Part shown: one piece after another, positions 49,377-59,099 of the stretch
How the letters are laid out: the number at the start of each line of letters is the position of its first letter
Numbering within the stretch: the stretch's first letter is position 1
Assembly (NCBI GenBank): GCA_002009975.1
Contig: MTLP01000036.1
Coordinates: 13,563 to 77,562 of the forward strand
From: Thermococcus sp. JdFR-02
Lineage (GTDB): Archaea; Methanobacteriota_B; Thermococci; Thermococcales; Thermococcaceae
Direction: 5' to 3'
Length of the DNA stretch: 64,000 bases
Position numbers and translations under genes: made by a program
The notes under the pieces: generated by a model
What the model was told of the DNA's origin: nothing
The model's input: only the letters and a program-made list of their open reading frames with translations
The model's database searches: none

Positions 49377-50251
49377 ACTTTTTAGTTGTAATCAACATCC
49401 TCTTTGCTTTAATCTTTGCACCTTTATTTGATGGTTTTGAAAGAAAAGTTAAAGCTCGCCTACAGAACAGACAGGGACCGAGTATTTTTCAAACGTGGTG
49501 GGACTTAATAAAGCTATTTAAAAGACCGCCAGTAATTCCAAGCGATTCCATAAAACGTCTCTATATTTTAGCACCATACATAACATTTACAGCGGTTTTA
49601 ACAGCTTATCTTATAGTCCCAACCCTGCTTCCACAATCGCTCAACTTTGCTGGGGACTTCATACTTGTAATCTATCTCATAAGCTTGGCAACGCTGATAT
49701 TTTCACTTGGAGCCTTCTCCTCTGGAAATCCATACGCTCAATTAGGGTCAAATAGAGAGGTATCTTTACTGATGAGTGAAGAATTAGTTTTAGCTTTTGT
49801 TGTAGGGATTTTGGCTTTAATAGGGAGAAGCTTAAGCTTTGAAATTCTATTTCCTCTGCCACTGAAAGTTTCGTCAATCCTTGGATTAGCGTTGCTTTTT
49901 GTTGTAATCTATGTCTCAAGTGCAAGGATTCCCTTTGACATTCCAGAAGCAGAGCCAGAAATAATTGAAGGTCCTCTAATAGAATACAGCGGCAAGCACT
50001 TAGCTTTACTTGAATACTCCATCTATCTAAAGCGCTTTTTGCTCTACAGCTTGTTCTTAAACTTCATACTTCCAAAGGAGACAACAATTAGAACTGGAGG
50101 GTTTTTACTTGGACTTATAGTCCTGTCTATAGTTTACTCGTCTTTGGAAGCATATTATGGCAGATTCAGACTTGACCAAGCAATTAAATTAATGAAAAAG
50201 CTTTCAGCTGTGGCATTAGTTGCTTGGCTTATAGCTCTCATGGGGTGGTAA
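49373..50251 (+). CDS. Hydrogenase membrane anchor (HycD/NuoH-like)
   Basis: RKVKARLQNRQGP, PFDIPEAEPE, EYSG, GRFR. Confidence 0.92.
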   Translation: MNFLVVINILFALIFAPLFDGFERKVKARLQNRQGPSIFQTWWDLIKLFKRPPVIPSDSIKRLYILAPYITFTAVLTAYLIVPTLLPQSLNFAGDFILVIYLISLATLIFSLGAFSSGNPYAQLGSNREVSLLMSEELVLAFVVGILALIGRSLSFEILFPLPLKVSSILGLALLFVVIYVSSARIPFDIPEAEPEIIEGPLIEYSGKHLALLEYSIYLKRFLLYSLFLNFILPKETTIRTGGFLLGLIVLSIVYSSLEAYYGRFRLDQAIKLMKKLSAVALVAWLIALMGW

Positions 50252-50253
50252 AA

Positions 50254-51870
50254 ATGCTTATTGAAATTTTAGAAAAGAATGGCTCTAAAATAATCAGGCA
50301 TGATGAGAATATTATCATTGCATTAGTTTCAAATAAGAAACTGAAAAAAGTTGCGAAAGAACTCTTTGATGCGGGTTGTTATTATGCAACAGGTGTAGGT
50401 GTCGATGAGAGACCTAAAAATGGAGCTTTTGCAATGTATCACATTCTAAACTGTGAGGATGAAAAGAGATACGTTATTATCAAAACCTTTGCAGAGGAGT
50501 TAAAAATTCCCTCAATAACTCCAGTAATTTGCGGTGCAAACTGGGCTGAGAGAGAAGCAATGGACATGATAGGAATAGAATTTGAAGGTCATCCAGAGCC
50601 TGAGAGGTTAATTATGCCAGATGATTGGCCCAATGGGGTTTATCCCTTAAGAAAAGAGTTCCATTATAATCAAAAAGTTCCTGCTATTGAAGTTAAACCC
50701 AAAAAGAGAAAAAAGGATCCAAAAATCATGGAAGTTCCAGTAGGTCCTTTTCACCCAACTCTTCACGAGCCAGAATCATTTGAGCTCTACATTGAAGGAG
50801 AAAAGATAGTAGGAGCAAGTTACAGAGGTTTCCATGTTCACAGAGGACTTGAAAAGCTTGCCGAGGAGAGACTAACTTTAAATCAAGTTCCATTCTTAGC
50901 AGAAAGAATATGTGGAATTTGTGGATTTACCCATAACTGTGCTTATTGTCAAGCTGTAGAAGATGCTGCAAAAATAGAGGTTCCAGAAAGGGCTGAATAC
51001 ATAAGAACTATTCTGCTTGAAGTTGAAAGGTTGCACTCACATCTGCTTTGGTTTGGAGTAGCTTGCCACCTATTGGGATTTGATAGCGGATTCATGCATA
51101 CTTGGCGCATAAGAGAGGCATTTATGGACATTGCAGAGCTTTTGACTGGAAATAGAAAGACTTACGGAATGAACCTTGTTGGAGGAGTTAGAAGGGACAT
51201 AGATGAGAACAAGAAGAAAAAGCTATTGGAAATCCTGGATAAAACAAAGAAAGAGACAAAGGAAATTTTGGACAATGTTGCTGAGATGAAGGAATTAATA
51301 AACAGAATGGAAGGAGTTGGAGTGCTACCAAAGAAGGAAGCGAGAGAAATAGGGGTTGTAGGACCTGTTGCAAGGGCTTCTGGAATTGACACGGACATTA
51401 GGAGAGACCATCCTTATGCAGCTTATGGAGAATTAGACTTCAAAGTGCCCGTCTATAAGGAAGGAGACGTTTTAGCAAGGTTTTTGGTAAGATATGAGGA
51501 AACATTTGAAAGTTTTTGGATTGTAGAGCAGGCTTTAGACCAGATGCCACAGGGGGAGATATTAAACGAAGATTATGAGTTACCAGAGTTTGCCTATGGT
51601 CTCGGCTATACTGAAGCTCCAAGAGGAGAAGACGTGCATTTCGTGATTACTGAAGGAGGGAACAAGCTCTATAGGTGGAGACCAAGAGCACCAACTTACA
51701 ACAACTTACCAGCTGTTCCAATAATGCTAATGGGCGAAAAGTTAGCAGATGCGCCTATAATAATCGCCTCAATTGATCCATGCTTCTCTTGTACCGACCA
51801 CGTTGCGATTATAGAGAAGGGTAGAGTCTGTAGATGCTCACTTGAAGAGTATTTACGTTTAAAGAGGTGA
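50254..51870 (+). CDS. Group 4 [NiFe]-hydrogenase large subunit (HycE-like NuoC-D fusion)
   Basis: EREAMDM, YPLRK (NuoC part); HRGLEK; L1 ERICGIC; L2 DPCFSCTDH followed by a C-terminal extension. Confidence 0.95.
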   Translation: MLIEILEKNGSKIIRHDENIIIALVSNKKLKKVAKELFDAGCYYATGVGVDERPKNGAFAMYHILNCEDEKRYVIIKTFAEELKIPSITPVICGANWAEREAMDMIGIEFEGHPEPERLIMPDDWPNGVYPLRKEFHYNQKVPAIEVKPKKRKKDPKIMEVPVGPFHPTLHEPESFELYIEGEKIVGASYRGFHVHRGLEKLAEERLTLNQVPFLAERICGICGFTHNCAYCQAVEDAAKIEVPERAEYIRTILLEVERLHSHLLWFGVACHLLGFDSGFMHTWRIREAFMDIAELLTGNRKTYGMNLVGGVRRDIDENKKKKLLEILDKTKKETKEILDNVAEMKELINRMEGVGVLPKKEAREIGVVGPVARASGIDTDIRRDHPYAAYGELDFKVPVYKEGDVLARFLVRYEETFESFWIVEQALDQMPQGEILNEDYELPEFAYGLGYTEAPRGEDVHFVITEGGNKLYRWRPRAPTYNNLPAVPIMLMGEKLADAPIIIASIDPCFSCTDHVAIIEKGRVCRCSLEEYLRLKR

Positions 51871-51874
51871 GATT

Positions 51875-52393
51875 ATGGGAAGATTATCCCTAATTAGCAA
51901 ATCTATTTCAATAGGTAAAGTCACTGAGAAATATCCTTTTGCCCCTATAGAAGTTCCAGAGGACTTTAGAGGAAAGCCGAAAATTGACACTGAGAAGTGC
52001 ATTGGTTGTACTTCATGTATGAACGCTTGCCCTCCCAGAGCTTTAGAAGTTTACGATGATTTAGAAAGGGGCGTTAGAGTAGTTCACCTATTCTTAGGCA
52101 GATGCATCTTTTGCGCACGCTGTCAAGATGTTTGTCCAACTGGTGCAATAAAGCTAACCAAGGAGTTCGAGCTTGCAACATTATCTGATGAAGACCTTCA
52201 CCAAATAGTGGAACTTCAAATGGTTCGCTGTGAAGAGTGTGGAAAACCCTTCGATACCTTCAGACACTTGCTTTATTCAGTTAAGGAGCTACCTCCATGG
52301 CAAAGAGAGATGTTATTCCTATGTCCAGAGTGCAGAGCAAAGAAAGTTTCTGAACTATTAACCTTTGCAAAGGGTGGTGGAGGATATGTTTGA
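51875..52393 (+). CDS. Hydrogenase [4Fe-4S] subunit (HycF/NuoI-like)
   Basis: CIGCTSCMNACP, CIFCARCQDVCP, CEECG..CPEC. Confidence 0.93.
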   Translation: MGRLSLISKSISIGKVTEKYPFAPIEVPEDFRGKPKIDTEKCIGCTSCMNACPPRALEVYDDLERGVRVVHLFLGRCIFCARCQDVCPTGAIKLTKEFELATLSDEDLHQIVELQMVRCEECGKPFDTFRHLLYSVKELPPWQREMLFLCPECRAKKVSELLTFAKGGGGYV

Positions 52394-52967
52394 AAAAAGC
52401 TTATGGGTCTTTCACTTAAACAGCGGCTCATGTAACGGCTGTGATATAGAGATCCTCAATATATTCGCCCCAAAACAAGATGTTGAAAGGTTTGGAATTA
52501 AGTTAGTTGGTTCGCCAAGACACGCTGACGCGATAGCATTTACAGGTCCAGTTACGAGAGAATGCCTTCCAAAGGTAATAGAAGCTTTTAAAGCAGTTCC
52601 AGAACCTAAAATAGTATTAGCAATTGGCTCTTGTGCTTGTGGAGGAGGAATATGGTACGACACTTATGCAGTTATAGGTGGTGTAAAAGAGCTTTACAAG
52701 ATTCTAAAAGAGGAGTACAACATTGAGCCTCCAACAACTATTTTTATTCCCGGCTGTCCTCCAAAACCTGAAGCTATAATCTATGGAGCCGCTTTAGCTA
52801 GAGGCGTTGTTGAACAAAAGCAAAAAAGAGAAATCTACGTTGAGGAACTTGATGAAAAAACAGAGAGAGATATTGTGGAGATACTTTTTGGAGAATCCAC
52901 AGGAACAAGACATTTCTTACCCCAAATAACAGTTAAAAACTCGGAGGAGAGCAAAAATGAGCCTTGA
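52386..52967 (+). CDS. Hydrogenase small subunit (HycG/NuoB-like)
   Basis: SCNGCDIE, SPRHAD, GSCACGGG, PGCPP. Confidence 0.95.
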   Translation: MFEKSLWVFHLNSGSCNGCDIEILNIFAPKQDVERFGIKLVGSPRHADAIAFTGPVTRECLPKVIEAFKAVPEPKIVLAIGSCACGGGIWYDTYAVIGGVKELYKILKEEYNIEPPTTIFIPGCPPKPEAIIYGAALARGVVEQKQKREIYVEELDEKTERDIVEILFGESTGTRHFLPQITVKNSEESKNEP

Positions 52968-53241
52968 AAATGTATTCTTCCTTTTAATGAAGTTCGTGAT
53001 TCCCCTTTATCTATTAGCTTTTGTTATTTACGCAATTAGAGCTTTCAAGGGTCCCACGATAGTTGACATAATTCTCGCCGTCGACTGCTTATCCTTTGAT
53101 ATCGCCGCATTCATGGCGATCTTAGCAGTTTACTTCAAGAGCGCATTCCTAATTAGCGGAGCAATAACCCTAGCACTCTGGGCTTATCTATTAGATATCT
53201 ACGTTGCAAAACACCTCGTTTCAAAGGAGGTGGGAGCATGA
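52957..53241 (+). CDS. mnhF: Mrp/Mnh Na+/H+ antiporter subunit F
   Basis: GPT..D.ILAVD, 3 TM. Confidence 0.88.
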   Translation: MSLENVFFLLMKFVIPLYLLAFVIYAIRAFKGPTIVDIILAVDCLSFDIAAFMAILAVYFKSAFLISGAITLALWAYLLDIYVAKHLVSKEVGA

Positions 53242-53594
53242 ACGAGCTTTTATTCTACATTGGAGCGATCATGATAATCATCGGCGGAATCTGTGACTTA
53301 TTTGGAGCTCTTGGCTTACTAAAGTTCCCAAACTTCTACATAAGACTACATGCGGCAACTGTTGGCACAATTGGAGGAGCAGTAGTTCCATTATTTGGTG
53401 TCGGTTTCTTGGCATTAGGTAGCGACTTTCTCGGTGGAATGAAATATGCCATAGCAGGTGCAAGCTTTGTAACTGGAATAATTGTTCTTTTAGCAGCGTC
53501 CGCAGGAGCCCATGCCTTAGCCTATGCTGCTCATAAATCCAAGCTCGTGAAGTGGGAACCAAAATGTGATCACTTGGAAGGTGATGAGAAATGA
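53238..53594 (+). CDS. mnhG: Mrp/Mnh antiporter subunit G
   Basis: GLLKFPNFYIRLHAAT, AHALA.AA. Confidence 0.9.
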   Translation: MNELLFYIGAIMIIIGGICDLFGALGLLKFPNFYIRLHAATVGTIGGAVVPLFGVGFLALGSDFLGGMKYAIAGASFVTGIIVLLAASAGAHALAYAAHKSKLVKWEPKCDHLEGDEK

Positions 53595-53845
53595 TTGAGA
53601 TCCATCTCTTAATGCTTCTAATCACAGTCCTCATCGGATTAATCTTCTCGTATTTGGCGATTATTGAAAAAGACCTGCTGAAGGCAATTGGATACTCAGC
53701 AATTCAAGCTATAGCCTATGCAATTGCTTTTTACATTCTAATGGCACCTGACATAGTTTTAGCATATATCGCAATAGCAGTTGGAATTTATTCCGCACTA
53801 TTAGTCTTCGTCGTGAGTAAGACCGGAAGATACGAGGTGGTTTAA
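53591..53845 (+). CDS. Mrp/Mnh antiporter B-related subunit (DUF4040/MbhD-like)
   Basis: DLLKA, MAPDIVLA. Confidence 0.85.
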   Translation: MIEIHLLMLLITVLIGLIFSYLAIIEKDLLKAIGYSAIQAIAYAIAFYILMAPDIVLAYIAIAVGIYSALLVFVVSKTGRYEVV

Positions 53846-54589
53846 ATGAAAAAGCTCATTCCAATCACGATAATAATTCTCATAATCTTTGGATTAGCTT
53901 ACGTAATGAGCGGGAAAATAGAGCCTCAAGAAAATGTAAGAGCTCTTGGGAAATTTTACTTAGAGAACAGTTACTTTGGCGATTATTCTGCAAAAAGTCC
54001 GGAAGTTGTCACTGCTATCTTGTGGGATTATCGTGGAGTGGACACATTATTTGAAACATCAGTATTTTTCCTTGCAATCATTGGAAGTCTAACACTCTTC
54101 AGACTAAACAAAAAACAAGAAAAAGAAGCAAAAGAAAGAATCGAAAAAGTTGAAGAGCTTACGTTAGTGATTAAAACCGTCACAAAGGTTATTGTTGCAA
54201 TGATTCTCGCTGTTTCAGCATCAATTGCTTTACACGGTCACTTAACACCAGGTGGGGGCTTTCAAGGAGGTTCTGCTTTAGCGGTGGCTCCGCTATTGAT
54301 CATAGCTGCTTACTCAAAATATGCTTTGGAAAAGCAGGGGCTAGACAAAACTAGAGCCTTAATACTTCGTTCAATTGGCTTAATTGGTATTGCATTAATT
54401 GCTTTACTACCCTTAACTAAAGGCGGCTTCATAATGCAGAATCAGCCGATCTTTCCATGGCTTGGTGGGAGTCTAATATTCTACAACTTCTTCGAATATT
54501 TGGCAGTAGGTGCTGGATTTACAGCGGTTTTCTTACTGCTAGCAATTCCAGAAAAAGTCTTCAAGAAAATTCTGGGGGTGGGAGAATGA
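53846..54589 (+). CDS. mnhB: Mrp/Mnh antiporter subunit B
   Basis: VTAILWDYRGVDTLFE, GHLTPGGGFQGG. Confidence 0.92.
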   Translation: MKKLIPITIIILIIFGLAYVMSGKIEPQENVRALGKFYLENSYFGDYSAKSPEVVTAILWDYRGVDTLFETSVFFLAIIGSLTLFRLNKKQEKEAKERIEKVEELTLVIKTVTKVIVAMILAVSASIALHGHLTPGGGFQGGSALAVAPLLIIAAYSKYALEKQGLDKTRALILRSIGLIGIALIALLPLTKGGFIMQNQPIFPWLGGSLIFYNFFEYLAVGAGFTAVFLLLAIPEKVFKKILGVGE

Positions 54590-54987
54590 TTGCATTCATT
54601 TGGAGCGTGATAATATTAACGCTAATCGCAACAATCATGATAAGCCTCTATGGGATTTCAAGAAGACCCAATTTAGTGAAAAAGCTCATTGCACTAACAA
54701 TCTTTGGTGATACTGCAAACTTGCTCGTAGTTCTCTTAGGATATAGACTAATTTATCCCGTAGCACCACCGATTTTGCCAAGCTTGAGTAAAGAAGCCTT
54801 ACAAACATTTGTTAAAACTGCTGTAGATCCATTGCCCCAAGCTTTGGTTATCACAGCAGTAGTCATTGGAATGGCTGTTAACGTTTTGATTGCATTTGCG
54901 ATTGTTCAGATACACCGCTTGTATGGAACTGTTGATACAAGAGAGCTTAGCAAGAAGCTTATCCAAGTGGAGGGTGGTGAACAATGA
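54586..54987 (+). CDS. mnhC: Mrp/Mnh antiporter subunit C
   Basis: DPLPQALVITAVVIG; start ATG 54586 overlapping the mnhB stop. Confidence 0.92.
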   Translation: MIAFIWSVIILTLIATIMISLYGISRRPNLVKKLIALTIFGDTANLLVVLLGYRLIYPVAPPILPSLSKEALQTFVKTAVDPLPQALVITAVVIGMAVNVLIAFAIVQIHRLYGTVDTRELSKKLIQVEGGEQ

Positions 54988-55469
54988 GAGGCGTAATTTC
55001 AACCGCGATTTTAGCGTTCATCACTTACATTATCTTTACAGGTTCAGCTAAGCCTTATGATCTATTTACCGGCTTAATTGTAGCAGTAGGAGTCGGTATT
55101 TTAGTAGGCAAATTCTTAGTTAGGGAGGATTCAAAGGCATTAAACCCTCTCAGATGGATTTGGGCAGTGATTTATTTCCTTAAATATATGCTCATTATTG
55201 AGGTTAAAACCCATTTAGACGTCATGAAAAGAGTAATCACTGGAAAGTATAATGCAGGCATTGTTAGAGTCCCAATTAACGTAAAAACAGACTATGCAAA
55301 GACGTTAGTCGCTAACTCTATCACTAATACACCAGGAACTGTTGTGGTTGACTTGGACGACAAATACCTTTACGTTAACTGGATTGACGTGACAACAGAA
55401 GATCCCGAAGCTTGTAGAAGGGAAATTAGCGAGGAATTTGAAAAATTCGCAGAAAAAATCTTCGAGTGA
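54984..55469 (+). CDS. mnhE: Mrp/Mnh antiporter subunit E
   Basis: ANSITNTPGT. Confidence 0.92.
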   Translation: MRGVISTAILAFITYIIFTGSAKPYDLFTGLIVAVGVGILVGKFLVREDSKALNPLRWIWAVIYFLKYMLIIEVKTHLDVMKRVITGKYNAGIVRVPINVKTDYAKTLVANSITNTPGTVVVDLDDKYLYVNWIDVTTEDPEACRREISEEFEKFAEKIFE

Positions 55470-55479
55470 GGTGATAAAA

Positions 55480-57081
55480 ATGGATGTAATTGGCTTAACC
55501 CCAATCATTCCAATCCTCTTCGCCTTTGCACTACCATTAACATCAATCCTGATTAAAGGAAATAGGAAGCTTATTCAAGCTTATGCTCTAACTGGAACAG
55601 GTTTAACTTTAGTCAGCTCATTCAAACTCTTCCAATTAGCTTATGCCTCAGAAAACCCACTAGTCTACACTTTCGGTAAATGGATCGCCCCAATTGGAAT
55701 TGTATATGAAGTTGACAAATTAAGTGCCTTAATCGCTCTCATCACTGCTGCACTAATGTTTTTAATCGCAATCTACAGTTACCGCTATTTAGAACATGAT
55801 GAAGGCTTAGAATGGTACTACACTCTTTACCTTGGCTTAGAATCAGGACTACTGGGTGTTTTACTAACTGGAGATGCGTTTAACTTGTTCGTAATGATTG
55901 AAGTTACAAGCATAGCGGCTTATGCTTTAGTAATGTTCTACCGTGACAGAGGGGATTCAGTTACAGCAGGCTTTAAATATGGATTAATTGGTGCTATTGG
56001 AACCACAATGTACTTTATAGCCCTAGGAATCCTCTATGGAGCATTTGGAACAGTGAATTTTGCTCATTTAGCTATGAAGATTCATTTACCTGCAGCTTCC
56101 TTCATCAAAGTCTCTAGCGGCTACGTCACTCTTGATGTACTGCTAAAAGCCGAACCTACTTGGAACATCATCTTGGCATCTGGTGTTGCTTTGGCTTTAG
56201 CAACTTGGGCATTCTTAATTAAAGCTGCAATAGTACCGAATCACTTTTGGCTTCCAGAGGCTCATCCAGCAGCACCAAGTCCAATTTCAGCAATTTTGAG
56301 TGGTCTCGTAGTGAACGTTGGTGTTTATGCCATGATTAGATTCCTCTACACTGTCTATAGTGACGTTAGTGGGGAATTAGCTCACGTTGTTAACGTACTA
56401 AGTGCTGTCGTGATTGCTCTTGGTGCTGTTTCAGCTTTATTCGGTGCTTTTATGATGACCATTCAAAAGGATGTCAAGCGTTTGATAGCCTATTCAACAA
56501 TAATGCACATGGGCTATCTGTTCATGGCTGTTGGGGTTGGAAGTTCTTTAGGGCTTCAAGCAGCAGTATTTCACTTGATTAATCATGCAGTTGCAAAAGC
56601 ATTGCTCTTCCTTGCAGCTGGAATTTTTATTCATGCAGTTGGCTCGAGAAATGTGGAAAACTTGGCAGGTTTGGGAAGAAAGATGCCAATTGCAACATTT
56701 TCATTGGCAATAGCGACGCTTTCATTAGTTGGTGTTCCACCATTTAACGTGTTCTTCAGCAAGTTAGCGTTATTTAATGCATTAATAGAAGAGAACTTCG
56801 GTTTGGCTTTAGTGCTAGTAATCTCCAGTGCAATCGCATTATTTGCTTATATGAAAGTGTTCTACATCATTTGGTTCGGAAAACCAAGAAAAGAAATAGA
56901 AGTCAAAGAACCTATGAGCATGAGTTTAGTAGTGTTAGTATTAGCCCTAACGTGTTTGGCTATTGGTTTGTTAGCCCCAGTAATTCTTGATAAGTTTATT
57001 GCACCAGCTGCAGAGCAAACAGTTAACTATCAGGTTTATATTAAGGCAATACTTGAGTTAGCGTCAAAGACCCTCTCTTAA
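55480..57081 (+). CDS. mnhD: Mrp/Mnh antiporter subunit D
   Basis: GDAFNLFVMIEV, HFWLPEAH, KRLIAYST, NHAVAKALLF. Confidence 0.92.
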   Translation: MDVIGLTPIIPILFAFALPLTSILIKGNRKLIQAYALTGTGLTLVSSFKLFQLAYASENPLVYTFGKWIAPIGIVYEVDKLSALIALITAALMFLIAIYSYRYLEHDEGLEWYYTLYLGLESGLLGVLLTGDAFNLFVMIEVTSIAAYALVMFYRDRGDSVTAGFKYGLIGAIGTTMYFIALGILYGAFGTVNFAHLAMKIHLPAASFIKVSSGYVTLDVLLKAEPTWNIILASGVALALATWAFLIKAAIVPNHFWLPEAHPAAPSPISAILSGLVVNVGVYAMIRFLYTVYSDVSGELAHVVNVLSAVVIALGAVSALFGAFMMTIQKDVKRLIAYSTIMHMGYLFMAVGVGSSLGLQAAVFHLINHAVAKALLFLAAGIFIHAVGSRNVENLAGLGRKMPIATFSLAIATLSLVGVPPFNVFFSKLALFNALIEENFGLALVLVISSAIALFAYMKVFYIIWFGKPRKEIEVKEPMSMSLVVLVLALTCLAIGLLAPVILDKFIAPAAEQTVNYQVYIKAILELASKTLS

Positions 57082-57125
57082 CTTTTTATAATTTTTAGTG
57101 CTTGCAACTGAGAGATATGTATCCC

Positions 57126-57587
57126 TTAGAATACCCTTGCATATCCCCACTTTTTAACACTAGTCAATATTGAAGTCTCTGTACTTTTTATACCATCAAT
57201 TTTTGCCATCTTCTCCAATATGAACTTTTCCAGTTCCTGTAAGTCTCTTGCAGTAACTTGCATTAGTATATCATGAGCCCCTGTTGCAATTCCAAGCACA
57301 TCTACCTCTGGTAATTTTGCAAGCTCCTCAACGACGTATCTAACCTTTGAAGGTTCAGCATCTACAACAATAAAAGCAATAATATCATACCCTGCTTTAA
57401 ATGGATTTATCAATGCTGCAAATTTCCTGATAACTCCTTCATTTACAAGCTTATTTACTCTCGATCTCACGGTAGATTCTGGAATTTTCACCCTTCTACT
57501 TATCTCAGAATAGCTCATTCTACCATCTTCTTGTAAGAGTCTTAGTATTGCCCTATCAATTTCATCAAGTTCTATCTTCTTTTTCAT
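57126..57587 (-). CDS. Lrp/AsnC (FFRP) regulator, divergent from the racemase operon
   Basis: LDEIDRAILRLLQEDGRMSYSEISR HTH; RAM domain. Confidence 0.93.
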   Translation of the reverse strand: MKKKIELDEIDRAILRLLQEDGRMSYSEISRRVKIPESTVRSRVNKLVNEGVIRKFAALINPFKAGYDIIAFIVVDAEPSKVRYVVEELAKLPEVDVLGIATGAHDILMQVTARDLQELEKFILEKMAKIDGIKSTETSILTSVKKWGYARVF

Positions 57588-57921
57588 AACATGCCCTCCA
57601 AGAAGTTACTATAAACTCATTAATCCATTTTTATTGTAGCATGCTATATTTTTAAATTTTCTTTGTTAATATTGGTGATTCTGCAAATATTTTGGCAATA
57701 TACTTTAAAGTATAATTGCGGATTTTTTATTTTATCGCAATTTAAATGCTCAAAAATTATGAAATTTAATTCATGTTTATGTCTGAGAATTATTTATAAA
57801 TATATTACTATTTTGCACCCAATATCCCAATTTTTTGTTAATATAGCGAAATTTAGCCCAAAAAACTAATGTATTTCTAGCATATAAAACATATACTGTA
57901 AAAATTTGCGGAGGGAACAAC

Positions 57922-59055
57922 ATGAGTAAACATAAACATGGAATATTTTATAGGTGGCTTCTTCCAGCAATAATATTCCAATCAGTATTCATGGGAGGAG
58001 GCTTCACAACAGGTAGAGAAGTCATGGAATATGCAGGAAAGTATGGAGTTTATGGAATATACTCCGTAATTGTAGCAACAATATTCTTCTTTATATCTGC
58101 GGCATTATCATATGAGTTGGCAAGAGTCTTCAAAGCTTTTGATTATAGAACCTGGATAAAACAGGTACTTTGGAAGTTCTGGCCAATTTTTGACATTGCA
58201 TATATCATACTAGCAATTATAGTTATTGCAGTGGTAGGTTCAGCTGCAGCGAGTATTCTAGAGGATATGTTACATCTCCCCTACATGGTCGGTGCGATAG
58301 TTATAATCTCAGCTGTTGGATTACTACATTTCTACGGGAGAAAAGCTATTGAAGGTTTTGAAACCGTTGGAACAATAGTATTATATCTAATGTACATGGT
58401 GTTATGGGGAGTTACTCTAAAAGCTGCATGGGGAAATATCAATTTAGCGTTCACTCAAAACCTTGGTTCAGGAAGTTTTAAAGAGGCAACTATCGCTGGA
58501 TTCCAGTATTTCCTGTATAACATGGTGGTTATCCCAGCAGTTCTTTTCACTCTAGATAGACTTGATGAAAGAAAAGACTCCATCATATCGGGCTTTAACT
58601 CCGCACTTTTTGTAGGAATAGCATTTTTCTTAACTTGGCTAAGTCTTTTAGGATTTTATACAAAGCCTGAGGTTGTGAATGCTTCAGTACCGTGGTATGA
58701 AATCATGAAAGTAGTTGGTGCAACTTGGCTCCGTGGCTTTTATGTCCTTGCAGTATTCTGGACATTAATTGAAACTGGTACTGGAATGATACACTCAATA
58801 GTCAGGAGAATTGAAGTTCAATTAGAAGAAAGTAAAGGAACACATTTGGACAGAAAACAGGAGGCAATACTTGCCACAATTATAATATTCCTTGCAATAG
58901 CAATGGCAAAATTCGGAATTATAGCCTTGGTTGCTAGAGGATACGGAACTTTAGCGTGGGTCTTCTTCATAGTGCTATTTATCCCATTGGTTACGGTGGG
59001 GGTTATTAGAATTCTGAATCCAGAGTGGAAAAAAGAATTCTGGTCTAAGGCTTGA
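57922..59055 (+). CDS. YkvI-like amino-acid transporter
   Basis: FQSVFMGGGFTTGREV, about 10 TM, LV..GYG. Confidence 0.78.
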   Translation: MSKHKHGIFYRWLLPAIIFQSVFMGGGFTTGREVMEYAGKYGVYGIYSVIVATIFFFISAALSYELARVFKAFDYRTWIKQVLWKFWPIFDIAYIILAIIVIAVVGSAAASILEDMLHLPYMVGAIVIISAVGLLHFYGRKAIEGFETVGTIVLYLMYMVLWGVTLKAAWGNINLAFTQNLGSGSFKEATIAGFQYFLYNMVVIPAVLFTLDRLDERKDSIISGFNSALFVGIAFFLTWLSLLGFYTKPEVVNASVPWYEIMKVVGATWLRGFYVLAVFWTLIETGTGMIHSIVRRIEVQLEESKGTHLDRKQEAILATIIIFLAIAMAKFGIIALVARGYGTLAWVFFIVLFIPLVTVGVIRILNPEWKKEFWSKA

Positions 59056-59099
59056 ACTTTTCCATTTTTCCTTTTCTCTAAGATTTAGGAGGGGTTAGA

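Noticed and set aside
57663-57869. 68-aa ORF in the Lrp/transporter intergenic region
   Set aside because: Very AT-rich divergent promoter region; chance ORF with TTG start
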